A stretch of 64,000 nt of DNA. Origin: Deltaproteobacteria bacterium (lineage in GTDB: Bacteria; Myxococcota_A; Polyangia; GCA-2747355; JADLHG01). Shown here in pieces: positions 29,269 to 37,981 of this stretch. Where the stretch lies: positions 15,429 to 79,428 of the forward strand of contig JADLHG010000017.1 of NCBI GenBank assembly GCA_020848905.1. The letters run 5' to 3'. How positions within the stretch are numbered: the stretch's first letter is position 1; each line of letters starts with the position of its first letter. The position numbers were made by a program, and so were the translations under genes. The notes beneath the pieces were generated by a model. The model was not told the origin of the DNA, made no database searches, and was given only the letters and a program-made list of their open reading frames with translations.

Positions 29269-31644
29269 ATGAGGAAATGGCGGGCTCTGGTATGGGTCGG
29301 AGGACTCCTGGGGTGCGGGAGTCCGGGGATCATCGACGGCGATAGAGGGATAGCGGTGGTGGCGGACGCGGCGGTGCGTGGTGACGTTCGGTCTTCCCCT
29401 GACCTGGCCCCCGATCTGCGCCCCGACGAGGGGGCGGACGTGCGGCTTGCTCCGGATGCGGGGGAGGTCTGCACGAAGGCCCTGGCCGACGCGGGAGGGA
29501 GCGCGGACGGCTGCAGCGTGCCGCTTCCTCCGGCGCGGGATCTGCTCGACGAGGCGCTCGGCAAGCTGGGTCTCGACCGCTGCAAGGCCAGCTTCCGCAC
29601 CTACGATCCGACGGTGTATGCGCTCATCTATCCCGCGGACCCCTATCGGTTCCCCTTCTTCGAGCGCACGCACCGCGAGGCGCTCGAGGCCCCTCGCTTC
29701 GCGCGCGCGCTGAGCGCCGAGCTGGACCGTGCGGCCGCGACCGATCGGCCGGTGACGCAGGCGCTGACGGTGGCGGCCCACCATGCCGGCTTTGGCGGGG
29801 CGGTGTGCGTGCCGCCGAGCGACCCGGGGGGGGACCATCCCCTCGGGGCGGCTCTCGTGCGGCTGATCCGGGGGACCGGCGGGACCCCCGACGCGGCGCA
29901 GCTCGAGCGCGAGGCCGACGGGCTGCCGCTCGCCTTTCAGCGCGCGATGGTGCCGGTCGTGGATGCGCTGGGGTATGCCGCCGAGGCCCGCGCGCTGGCC
30001 CTGAAGGACGCGGACATCGGCAAGCCCGGGACGAGCCCGGGGGTCACGCCGGAGCTGGTCTTCACCTACGCGGCCTCGCCGGCGCTGGTCAACCACAGCG
30101 GGTTGATGCTGAACCAGAAGGACCCCTGGGTGCAGAACGTGTTCCAGGGGGGAGCCAAGGGCTTTCAGGTGCAGCACCTCTACCGCGCGGCGGTCCGGCT
30201 CGCGGCGGCGATCGAGGGGGCGAAGCTAGGCCGCTTCGCGGGCCTGGCGATCGCGTTCGTCGTGGACACCCCGATCGGTCGCATCCTCTTTCGGGGGGCC
30301 GAGGACAGCGTGTACGACCCGAGCGACCCGGAGGTCTCCGGGCCGATCGCGCTGCTGCTCGACACCGGGGGGGACGACACCTATCGCATCCCCGCGGGGG
30401 CGAACGTTTCGGTCAAGAACCCGGTATCGGTGGTCATCGACCTGGCGGGCAAGGACACCTACGGCTACGTGGAAGCGCCCTCGCCCCTCGACGGGACCCG
30501 GCTTCCGTCGGATAGCTGGGGCCGCGCGAAGCCGAGCGACCCGAGCCAGGGGGACGGGCCGATCTCGCTCTCGGAGGACGCGCGGCAGGGGGCGGGGCGG
30601 CTCGGCATCGGGCTCCTCTTCGACCTCGGAGGGAAGGCCGACAGGTACAGCTCCCTCCGCATGTCGCAGGGCTTCGGCGCCCTCGGCGTGGGGGTCCTCT
30701 ACGACGACGGCGGCGACGACGTCTATCGCGGGGAAGCGGCGGTGCAGGGAGCGGGCATGTTCGGCATCGGCCTGCTCCTCGACGGCGGGGGCGACGATCG
30801 CTACGAGACGTACACGCTCGCGCAGGGCTTCGCCTACGTGAAGGGGGTGGGCGTGCTCTACGACGCGGCCGGCAGCGACCAGTACCTGGCGAACGTCGGT
30901 GACCCCGCGCAGGGGGGGGACCCGCTCTACTTCTCGCCCCAGCTCCCGGGGACCGGGACCTCCAGCCTCACGCAGGGGGCGGCGTGGGGCCGGCGGGCCG
31001 ACTTCACCGACAAGCTGAGCCAGGCGGGGGGACTCGGCGTGCTGCGCGACCGCGTCGGCGACGATCGCTACCGCACCTCGGTCTTCGGCCAGGCGACGGC
31101 GTACTGGTACGGCACGGGGATCCTCGCGGACGGGGCCGGCAACGACAGCTACGACGGCCTGTGGTACGTGCAGGGCTCGGCCGCGCATTACTCGATGGCC
31201 GTCTTCGTCGATGACGCGGGCGACGACCGCTACGACACGGGGCTCAAGGCGCGGGCCACGTCCCTCGGCGTGGGGCACGATTGCTCCGTGGGGTGGCACC
31301 TGGACCTGGGAGGAGACGACGTGTATCGCGCGCCCTTCCTCTCGCTCGGGGCGGGCAACGACAACGGGCAGGGCTTCTTCGTCAATCGCGGCGGTAAGGA
31401 CTCCTACGCGACGGTGGGGACCACGTCTCTCGGCGCGGCATACCAGAGCGCGACCGCCGGCTGGCGGACCAAGGCCATGACGCTGGGCGTCTTCGTGGAC
31501 ACGGAGGGGGCCGACGTGTACGTGCACGAGGAGAAACCCGTGGACCGCAACGGCAAGAGCTGGCTCTACGGCACCGGCAGCCCGGCCACGACCTACCTCT
31601 TCGGCATCGGGCTCGACGGCACGGGGACGGTGCTCCTGCCCTGA
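29269..31644 (+). CDS. lipoprotein with 12 tandem D-x-x-G-x-D-x-Y repeats (predicted beta-solenoid); function unknown
   Basis: Trimmed to ATG 29269, 8 nt after the permease stop. Lipobox GGLLGC. The C-terminal ~390 aa carries 12 copies of G-[IV]-G-[LV]-L-x-D-x-x-G-x-D-x-Y. Confidence 0.7.
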   Translation: MRKWRALVWVGGLLGCGSPGIIDGDRGIAVVADAAVRGDVRSSPDLAPDLRPDEGADVRLAPDAGEVCTKALADAGGSADGCSVPLPPARDLLDEALGKLGLDRCKASFRTYDPTVYALIYPADPYRFPFFERTHREALEAPRFARALSAELDRAAATDRPVTQALTVAAHHAGFGGAVCVPPSDPGGDHPLGAALVRLIRGTGGTPDAAQLEREADGLPLAFQRAMVPVVDALGYAAEARALALKDADIGKPGTSPGVTPELVFTYAASPALVNHSGLMLNQKDPWVQNVFQGGAKGFQVQHLYRAAVRLAAAIEGAKLGRFAGLAIAFVVDTPIGRILFRGAEDSVYDPSDPEVSGPIALLLDTGGDDTYRIPAGANVSVKNPVSVVIDLAGKDTYGYVEAPSPLDGTRLPSDSWGRAKPSDPSQGDGPISLSEDARQGAGRLGIGLLFDLGGKADRYSSLRMSQGFGALGVGVLYDDGGDDVYRGEAAVQGAGMFGIGLLLDGGGDDRYETYTLAQGFAYVKGVGVLYDAAGSDQYLANVGDPAQGGDPLYFSPQLPGTGTSSLTQGAAWGRRADFTDKLSQAGGLGVLRDRVGDDRYRTSVFGQATAYWYGTGILADGAGNDSYDGLWYVQGSAAHYSMAVFVDDAGDDRYDTGLKARATSLGVGHDCSVGWHLDLGGDDVYRAPFLSLGAGNDNGQGFFVNRGGKDSYATVGTTSLGAAYQSATAGWRTKAMTLGVFVDTEGADVYVHEEKPVDRNGKSWLYGTGSPATTYLFGIGLDGTGTVLLP
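30352..31523 (+). repeat. coding tandem repeats (12 x D-x-x-G-x-D-x-Y units) inside the lipoprotein gene
   Basis: The twelve units are DTGGDDTY, DLAGKDTY, DLGGKADRY, DDGGDDVY, DGGGDDRY, DAAGSDQY, DRVGDDRY, DGAGNDSY, DDAGDDRY, DLGGDDVY, NRGGKDSY and DTEGADVY. Confidence 0.8.
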
Positions 31645-31826
31645 TCGGTGAGTCGCCTCCCACCCCCCAGGTCGGTTGACCGTAGCGCTCCGTTTTGCCA
31701 ACACCCGAATGATCGCAACTCCTTGACGGTTTGACGCTCCCGGGGGGTGTTGCGCGCGACGCATCACCGCTACGCCGGGCCGCGTCGGTCGATGTGGGAG
31801 ATCGGGGACCTTGCGCCGCGTCGGGT

Positions 31827-31842
31827 TGGCTCGCGTCTTGCT
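31827..31842 (+). promoter_or_regulatory. sigma54-type -24/-12 element TGGCTC-N5-TTGCT
   Basis: TGGCTCGCGTCTTGCT. Sits 32 nt upstream of ATG 31875 (Cys-rich lipoprotein). Confidence 0.45.
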
Positions 31843-31874
31843 CATAACGGGCTCAACCCACGCCGAGGACTCCC

Positions 31875-33092
31875 ATGACGAAGCGCCGTCTGAACCTTTG
31901 GGTCGCAATGCTCGGGATGGGGTGCGTCGTTGCGGGCTGCGAGCCCGGCCTCGTCGGTGGAAGGGTGACGCCGGGTCCCGACCGGAACTCGGCGGCGTTC
32001 ACCGCGGAATGCCCCCAGAACGAGACCCAGGGGGAATGCCAAGACCTCGGAGACTTCCGCGCGCCCGGCACCTGCTTCGTCCAGACCTGCGGCGACTACA
32101 ACGGACACCCTTGTCTGCTCAACGGGACGCTCCGGCGAGACGACGCGCTGTGCAAGGAAGGGGGCGCCAAGCCCAACGCCACCTGTAACGCGGCGGGCCA
32201 GTGCGAGGACGGGGCCGCGGCGGCGCCGGAGTGCCCCGCGTCCACGGGCGGCCCGTGCGCTGCGGGAGCGACCTTCGAGCTGGTCTCGGGTACGACGTGC
32301 CACACCCAGACCTGCTACGTCCAGGCGAACGGGGCGAACTGCAAGGGCAAGAGCGTGAATACCGACCACGCGCTCTGCCGCACGGGGGGTGACCCCCGGG
32401 CGACCTGTGGCAGCGACGGGCAGTGCAAGGCCAGCTCCTGCGAGGTTTGCACCTCCGGCCAGAAGAAGTACACGGGGTGCACCTACCAGACCTGCGTCTC
32501 GGACGGCAGCTCCAGCTGCTACGGGGCCTCGAGCTATCAGGACCACGCGAAGTGCGTCACGGAGCTCGGCGACCCGGCGGCGAAGTGCGACAAGGCGACC
32601 AACACCTGCGTGCGGGGGAGCTCGGGCACCTGCTCCTGCGCGGGGATTGCCTGCGGCTCGAAGGACCTCTGCGGCAACACGTGCGTCTCGGGCGGCGGTT
32701 GCTGCAACAACAGCTGCACCGGCATCCAGTGCGGCGACAAGAACGGCTGCGGCAAGACCTGCTACGCGGAGGGCGGGCAGTGCACGCCGCCCCCGGTGAA
32801 CTGCACGCCGACCTGCGCGGGCAAGACCTGCGGCCAGAAGGACTCCTGCGGCCGGAGCACCTGCGCCGCGGGCGTTCCGGTGGGCGGGGGCACCTGCACT
32901 GCGGCTGCGGCGGGCGGCTGCACCGAGGGAACCTGGAAGTGCGAGGCCCGGCTCTGGCTCGGCGCTACCTACCCGGCGGTGCAGAAGTGCGTCGGCGGCA
33001 CCTGGCAGATCTACACCGCCTGCACGAGGGCGGGCCAGGGCTGCTCGGGTTGCGGGCCGAGTTACTCCTCCTCGGCCTGCTCCTGCCATTAG
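31875..33092 (+). CDS. Cys-rich modular secreted lipoprotein
   Basis: Lipobox CVVAGC. Three ~50-aa Cys repeats are followed by three C-x-G-x-x-CG-x-K-[DN]-x-CG-x-x-C repeats. A sigma54-type element lies 33 nt upstream. Confidence 0.7.
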   Translation: MTKRRLNLWVAMLGMGCVVAGCEPGLVGGRVTPGPDRNSAAFTAECPQNETQGECQDLGDFRAPGTCFVQTCGDYNGHPCLLNGTLRRDDALCKEGGAKPNATCNAAGQCEDGAAAAPECPASTGGPCAAGATFELVSGTTCHTQTCYVQANGANCKGKSVNTDHALCRTGGDPRATCGSDGQCKASSCEVCTSGQKKYTGCTYQTCVSDGSSSCYGASSYQDHAKCVTELGDPAAKCDKATNTCVRGSSGTCSCAGIACGSKDLCGNTCVSGGGCCNNSCTGIQCGDKNGCGKTCYAEGGQCTPPPVNCTPTCAGKTCGQKDSCGRSTCAAGVPVGGGTCTAAAAGGCTEGTWKCEARLWLGATYPAVQKCVGGTWQIYTACTRAGQGCSGCGPSYSSSACSCH

Positions 33093-33100
33093 CGAGAAGA

Positions 33101-34252
33101 CTACGGCTTCGGAATCACCCCGTACGCAATACCCGGCGTCGTCTTGTCGTAGGTCTCGATAGCCGTCCCGTCGGGGCGGAAGATGCCGCCGCCGTGGTAG
33201 TTGCCGTCGATGGTGTTGGCGCCGACGAAGTAGCTGCCGGAGTACTTCGCGAAGTCGGACATCATGGTGGTCGGCTTCCAGTACTGGTTCTGCGAGCCGG
33301 TGGCCATCCAGTACGAGGAGAAGAAGGTGATGCGGGGCTTCGAGGCCACGTAGTCGTTCATCAGCTTGAGCGTCTTCTGGCTGCAGGAGCTCTGGCTGAC
33401 CTGGTGCATGGCCCAGATCACACACTGGGCGTCGGCGCAGATGAGCAGCCCGGCCTTGCCGGCGGGGGTCTGGAAGAGGTCGCAGCAGTTCGTGCCCGGG
33501 GTGACGCCCTTCTCGCCGTAAAGGTGGAACTTGAAGTGCACCGCGAGCACGATGCCATCGGGGTTTACCACCACCTCGGTGTTGTAGAGCGCGGCGGTCG
33601 AGCCGGTGCCCACCTGGGTGATCACGTTGAAGACCAGGGTCACCTTCAGGTCGGTGGCGAGCTTGGCCCAGGTGCCGATGACGGTGGCGGACCCCCAGCG
33701 CGGGTCGCCGGCCGGCCGATGCCCGACGCTCGGGGCCAGCTCGGCGTACTTGCCCTGGTCGGGAACCCCCTCGGGGGTGACGATGTGCGTGGCGCCGTTG
33801 CCGGCGGCCTGCTTGACCAGCGCGATGAGGCCGCAGTTCACGTCCGCGCAGCCGCTCACCGAGCTGAAGCTCTTCGGGCCGTACTGGATGGCCGCGACCT
33901 TGATCGACCCGGCGGGGGGCGGTGGCGGCGGTGGACCGGCGTCCGGAAAGACCAGGCTCCCGTCGCGGCGCGGCCCGCTGTCCCGCGTTTGGGGCTGCTT
34001 TCCGTCCGTCAGCCCGTAGTCGTCGGGGCCCGCACCGCCGTCGCTCGCGGCTGAGCCGTCGCGCGCGGCGGGCTTTCCGTCCGAGCGTGTCGTCGAGCCA
34101 TCGGCGGGGCTCGTGGCCGCGTCCTGGCTGACGCCGCCGTCTCCCGTCGCGCCGTCGCTGCTGCAGCCCGGCAGGCCGAGGAGGAGCGCGAAGAGTGCCA
34201 GGCGGCCGGGTCTTCTGCGAGCATGCGTCCGAGGCCACTGGTCTTGCCGCAT
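33101..34252 (-). CDS. carbon-nitrogen hydrolase (nitrilase superfamily) lipoprotein
   Basis: Trimmed to ATG 34252. Lipobox LLLGLPGC. Low-complexity linker ending in PPPPPPP. IKVAAIQYG, IVTPEG (Glu), HFKFHLY (Lys) and LLICADA (Cys) match the E-K-C triad context. Confidence 0.75.
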   Translation of the reverse strand: MRQDQWPRTHARRRPGRLALFALLLGLPGCSSDGATGDGGVSQDAATSPADGSTTRSDGKPAARDGSAASDGGAGPDDYGLTDGKQPQTRDSGPRRDGSLVFPDAGPPPPPPPAGSIKVAAIQYGPKSFSSVSGCADVNCGLIALVKQAAGNGATHIVTPEGVPDQGKYAELAPSVGHRPAGDPRWGSATVIGTWAKLATDLKVTLVFNVITQVGTGSTAALYNTEVVVNPDGIVLAVHFKFHLYGEKGVTPGTNCCDLFQTPAGKAGLLICADAQCVIWAMHQVSQSSCSQKTLKLMNDYVASKPRITFFSSYWMATGSQNQYWKPTTMMSDFAKYSGSYFVGANTIDGNYHGGGIFRPDGTAIETYDKTTPGIAYGVIPKP

Positions 34253-34415
34253 CGTTCGACCTCCAAGGGGCAGGCGCCCTTTCCCGCGTGTTAGCGCGGG
34301 GGAGGCGACCTCGGCAAGCGCTTTGGGCCCGGCCCCATGGCGACAAGGCTCCTCGAGGCGCCTCGACGGGGAGGGCGATTGCGTCACCCATTCGCTGGCC
34401 CTAAGGTGGTTGGCG

Positions 34416-36803
34416 ATGGCGCGTTCTCTGTGGTGCGTTGGGGTGGTCCTGGTAGTGGCGACGTGGCCGTCGTCGCGGACGAGAGGGGCGTCGCCCGAGC
34501 CCTCGGCCGTGGCCATCACCGGCTCCGGCGCGCGGTTCGCAGCGCGGAGCGGAGCTCGGGTCCTCGAGTTCGAGTGGCTCGGTCCCGACGCGCTGCGCTT
34601 GCGACGGGTGGCGGAGGCCGCGTCGAACCGGGCCTCGCCCGAGGGAATGCTTCTTCCCGGGCGCTGGCAGGGGGCCAGAGTTACGGCGCGATCGGACGGC
34701 TCGATCGGCGGAGGCGCGTTCGTCGTGCGGGTTGGCCCGCGCCTCGCCGAGGTCGTGGTGCGCATGGGGTCGCGCTCGCTGCAGCTACGCTTCGCCGGCA
34801 CACCGGCGCGTCCCGCGCTCGAATGGCGGCTCGAGGCCGGAGAACGCCTCCTCGGCCTCGGGCAGCACCGACGCGAGCAGCTCGATCGGCGCGGCGCGAC
34901 CTACGAGCTCTGGAATCAGTTCCAGCCGGGCGGTGGCACGGTAGCCATTCCCTTCCTGCTGAGCTCCCGCGGCTACGGGCTGCTCTGGCACAACGCCTCC
35001 CGCACCGTGGTGGACCTCGGGAACAGCGTCCCCGACCGGGGCTCGTTCCGCCCCCTCGGGGGGGAGCTCGACCTCGTGCTCTTCGCCGGACCGGGCCCGA
35101 AAGAGGTCCTGGCCCAGCTCGGCCGGGCCTGTGGCCGGCCGCCGATGCCCCCCTTGTGGGCCCTCGGCTACCAGCAATCCCGGTACGGCTACGCGAGCGA
35201 GCGTCAGGCGCGGGAGATCGTGGCGGAGTTCCGGCGGCGCAAGCTGCCGCTCGACACGCTCGTCCTCGATCTGGACTGGTTCGGCGGGCAGGAGCAGCTC
35301 GGCGCGCTGCGCTTCGATCGGCGACCCGGACGCTTCCCCACGCCCGAGAAAATGATCGCTGCGTTCCAAAATGTCGGTGTGCGCACCGTGGTGATCAACG
35401 AGCCCTACGTGCGCCCCGACGTGGCCCCCTACCGGGAATTAGATCGCTTGCGCTATTTCGGTCGGGATCGCGGCGGAAAGACGCTGCTCCTCGTCGGGCC
35501 GTGGAACCTGCAGCTCGCGCTCCTGGACTTCACCAGCCCGGGGGCGAGGCGCCACGTCTGGGAGCGGCTGGTCGCGCCGCTTCTCGCCGCGGGGGTGGCG
35601 GGCTTCTGGATCGACCTCGGCGAGCCCGAGGTGCACCCGCCGGAGATGCAGCACGCGGGAGGTCCGGCGGCGCAGGTGCACAACCGCTACAACGCCTCCT
35701 GGGCGCAGGCCTACTACGAGGGGCAGCGCAAGACGCACGGCGATCGGCGCGTCTACCTGCTCGCGCGTTCGGCCGCGGCTGGCATGGCGCGCTTCGGGGC
35801 GGGGGTCTGGACGGGCGATACGGCGCCGCGCTTCGACACCCTGCGCTGGCACTTCTCCGAGGGGCAGCAGATGGGGCTCGGGGGGCCGCCCTACTGGGGG
35901 AGCGACATCGGCGGCTTCTACAAGCACGCGCCGCGGCTCGACGGCCCGCTCTACGCGCGGTGGTTCCAGCTCGGCGCGCTCAGCCCGAACTTTCGCGCGC
36001 ACGGGGACCACCAGCCCCGCGAGCCCTGGGGTTTCGGTCCACGGGTGCTGCGCCTCGCGAGGCGCTTCCTCGCGCTGCGCTACCGGCTGCTCCCCTACCT
36101 CTACGCGCTCGCGCGGCAGGCGCACGAGCGCGGCCTCCCCTACCTGCGGCCGGTGGCGCTCGAGTTTCCCGACGAGGCGGGCGCCTTCACCTTCGACGAC
36201 GCGTTCCTGCTCGGCCCGAGCCTGCTCGCCTTCCCCGTGGCGGGCGCGGATCGCGCGCGGCGGGCGATCCGGCTGCCGTCGGGACACTGGTACGACTACG
36301 CGACCGGCGCGCGGCACGAAGGTCCGACGCTCCTTCACGAGCGGGTTCCGCTCGAGCGGCTGCCCCTCTTCGTGCGCGGGGGGACGCTGCTCCTCGAGGG
36401 CGAGGAGCGTCACAGCACGGGCGAGGCGCGCTGGACCCGGCTCACGGCGCACCTCTACCCGGCGGCGGCGGCGACGGCGAGCTACGAGGCGGAGCTCTAC
36501 GAGGACGACGGCACGAGCTACGCCTACGAGCGGGGCGAGTACGCGAAGACGCCGTTCAGCGTGTCGCAGGCGCCCGGCGAGCTCCGCGTCACGCTTCGTC
36601 CCGGCTCGGGGCGCTTCCCCGAGCGACCTCTCTCGCGGCGCCTCGAGCTCGTGGTGTACGGCAGGCCGCGGCCGCTGGCGGTCCTGCGCGACGGCGGTTC
36701 GCTCCCCCGCTCCGCCGTGCGTCGGGGAGCGCGCGGCGGGTGGGCCATCGCGCTGGGCGAGGTGGGGCAGGACGCGGAGGTGCTGCTGTGCTTCTCCCGT
36801 TAG
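34416..36803 (+). CDS. glycoside hydrolase family 31 (alpha-glucosidase/xylosidase-like), secreted
   Basis: Trimmed to ATG 34416; signal peptide present. LDTLVLDLDWF, GFWIDLGEPE (nucleophile region), WTGDT and FRAHGD are GH31 signatures. Confidence 0.85.
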   Translation: MARSLWCVGVVLVVATWPSSRTRGASPEPSAVAITGSGARFAARSGARVLEFEWLGPDALRLRRVAEAASNRASPEGMLLPGRWQGARVTARSDGSIGGGAFVVRVGPRLAEVVVRMGSRSLQLRFAGTPARPALEWRLEAGERLLGLGQHRREQLDRRGATYELWNQFQPGGGTVAIPFLLSSRGYGLLWHNASRTVVDLGNSVPDRGSFRPLGGELDLVLFAGPGPKEVLAQLGRACGRPPMPPLWALGYQQSRYGYASERQAREIVAEFRRRKLPLDTLVLDLDWFGGQEQLGALRFDRRPGRFPTPEKMIAAFQNVGVRTVVINEPYVRPDVAPYRELDRLRYFGRDRGGKTLLLVGPWNLQLALLDFTSPGARRHVWERLVAPLLAAGVAGFWIDLGEPEVHPPEMQHAGGPAAQVHNRYNASWAQAYYEGQRKTHGDRRVYLLARSAAAGMARFGAGVWTGDTAPRFDTLRWHFSEGQQMGLGGPPYWGSDIGGFYKHAPRLDGPLYARWFQLGALSPNFRAHGDHQPREPWGFGPRVLRLARRFLALRYRLLPYLYALARQAHERGLPYLRPVALEFPDEAGAFTFDDAFLLGPSLLAFPVAGADRARRAIRLPSGHWYDYATGARHEGPTLLHERVPLERLPLFVRGGTLLLEGEERHSTGEARWTRLTAHLYPAAAATASYEAELYEDDGTSYAYERGEYAKTPFSVSQAPGELRVTLRPGSGRFPERPLSRRLELVVYGRPRPLAVLRDGGSLPRSAVRRGARGGWAIALGEVGQDAEVLLCFSR

Positions 36804-36808
36804 GGTCT

Positions 36809-37921
36809 TTAGCGCGCCGCCCGATAGGCGCGGGCGATCTTCTCGAGGAGCAGCGTGTCGCCGCGGGCGTCGTCGAGCCCGGTCTCGGGGCGCGCGCCCG
36901 TCGTCACGCAGTGGTGGAAGTGGTGGAGCTCGGCCCGGAAGGCCTCCTCGTACGAGACAGTGACGGTCCGCTCGGCCAGCGCGCCGTCCTCGACGCTCTC
37001 CACGGTGATGGGCGTGGGAAGGTGGCGGTAGTAGGGGGAGGGGAACGAGATCGTCACGCGCCCTTCGGGGCTCGCGAAGAGCAGCTCCTCCTTGTAGTGA
37101 GGCAGGCCCGGCAGGTAGGTCCACGTCAGCGCGGCGCGCAGGCCTTCGTTCCAGCGCACGAGGGTGTGCATGCAGCGGCCCCCGCGCCAGAACTCGCTGA
37201 AGACCACCTCCTCGGGCTCGCCGAGAATGCCGCGCAAGGCGTTCACGTCGTGGATCAGGCTGTTGAAGAGGAGAAAGGTGGCCACCTGCTGCGGGAGCGG
37301 CGCTTCGGGGCCCACGATGGCGTCGATGCGCTGCCGGGGCGGGCCCTTCACGGCGTACTCGACGAGGCCGTCGGTGGCCTCGCTGTCGGCGAGCGCGGCC
37401 CGGGCCGGGTCGGGGGAGGGCTCGAGGACGTAATGGTCGCGCGCGCGCGCGTCCACCGGGTGCAGCACGTCCACGCGCACGGTGCGCAGGTCTTTCAGGC
37501 GACGAACCTGCTCGCGGGCGTAGCGGTAGCCCGGGTCGTAGCGCTTGTGGTAGCCGACCATCAGCGTGACCTTCGCCCGGGCCAGGGCCGCGGCGACCTG
37601 GTCCACCTCGGCGAGGTTCTCCCCGAGGGGCTTCTCGACGAGGATGTGCTTGCCGGCGACCGCCGCGTCCACGACGGGCTGGGCGTGCGAGCCCCCCGAG
37701 AGGATCAGCACGGCCTCGAGGGGATCGTCGAGCAGGCGGCGGTAGTCGGTGTGCTGCCGTTCCACGCGGTAGCGTCGGCCCACGAGCTCGACCGTCCGCG
37801 CGTCGGTGTCGGCGAGCGACTCGATGGCGAAGAGGTCCGGGCGCTCGGCGAGGAAGGGAAGGTGCATCATCTGGGCGATGCCGCCGCAGCCGATGACCCC
37901 GACGCGCAGTGGCTTGTTCAT
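36809..37921 (-). CDS. Gfo/Idh/MocA-family NAD(P)-dependent oxidoreductase
   Basis: LRVGVIGCGGIAQMMHLPFL Rossmann N-terminus, VLVEKPL motif, and GGAGGAG RBS. Confidence 0.9.
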   Translation of the reverse strand: MNKPLRVGVIGCGGIAQMMHLPFLAERPDLFAIESLADTDARTVELVGRRYRVERQHTDYRRLLDDPLEAVLILSGGSHAQPVVDAAVAGKHILVEKPLGENLAEVDQVAAALARAKVTLMVGYHKRYDPGYRYAREQVRRLKDLRTVRVDVLHPVDARARDHYVLEPSPDPARAALADSEATDGLVEYAVKGPPRQRIDAIVGPEAPLPQQVATFLLFNSLIHDVNALRGILGEPEEVVFSEFWRGGRCMHTLVRWNEGLRAALTWTYLPGLPHYKEELLFASPEGRVTISFPSPYYRHLPTPITVESVEDGALAERTVTVSYEEAFRAELHHFHHCVTTGARPETGLDDARGDTLLLEKIARAYRAAR

Positions 37922-37981
37922 CTGGCTCCTCCTTCGGTGTGGGTCGCGTCGAAAGCGACGATAAGTTCTAGAGCGATAACA

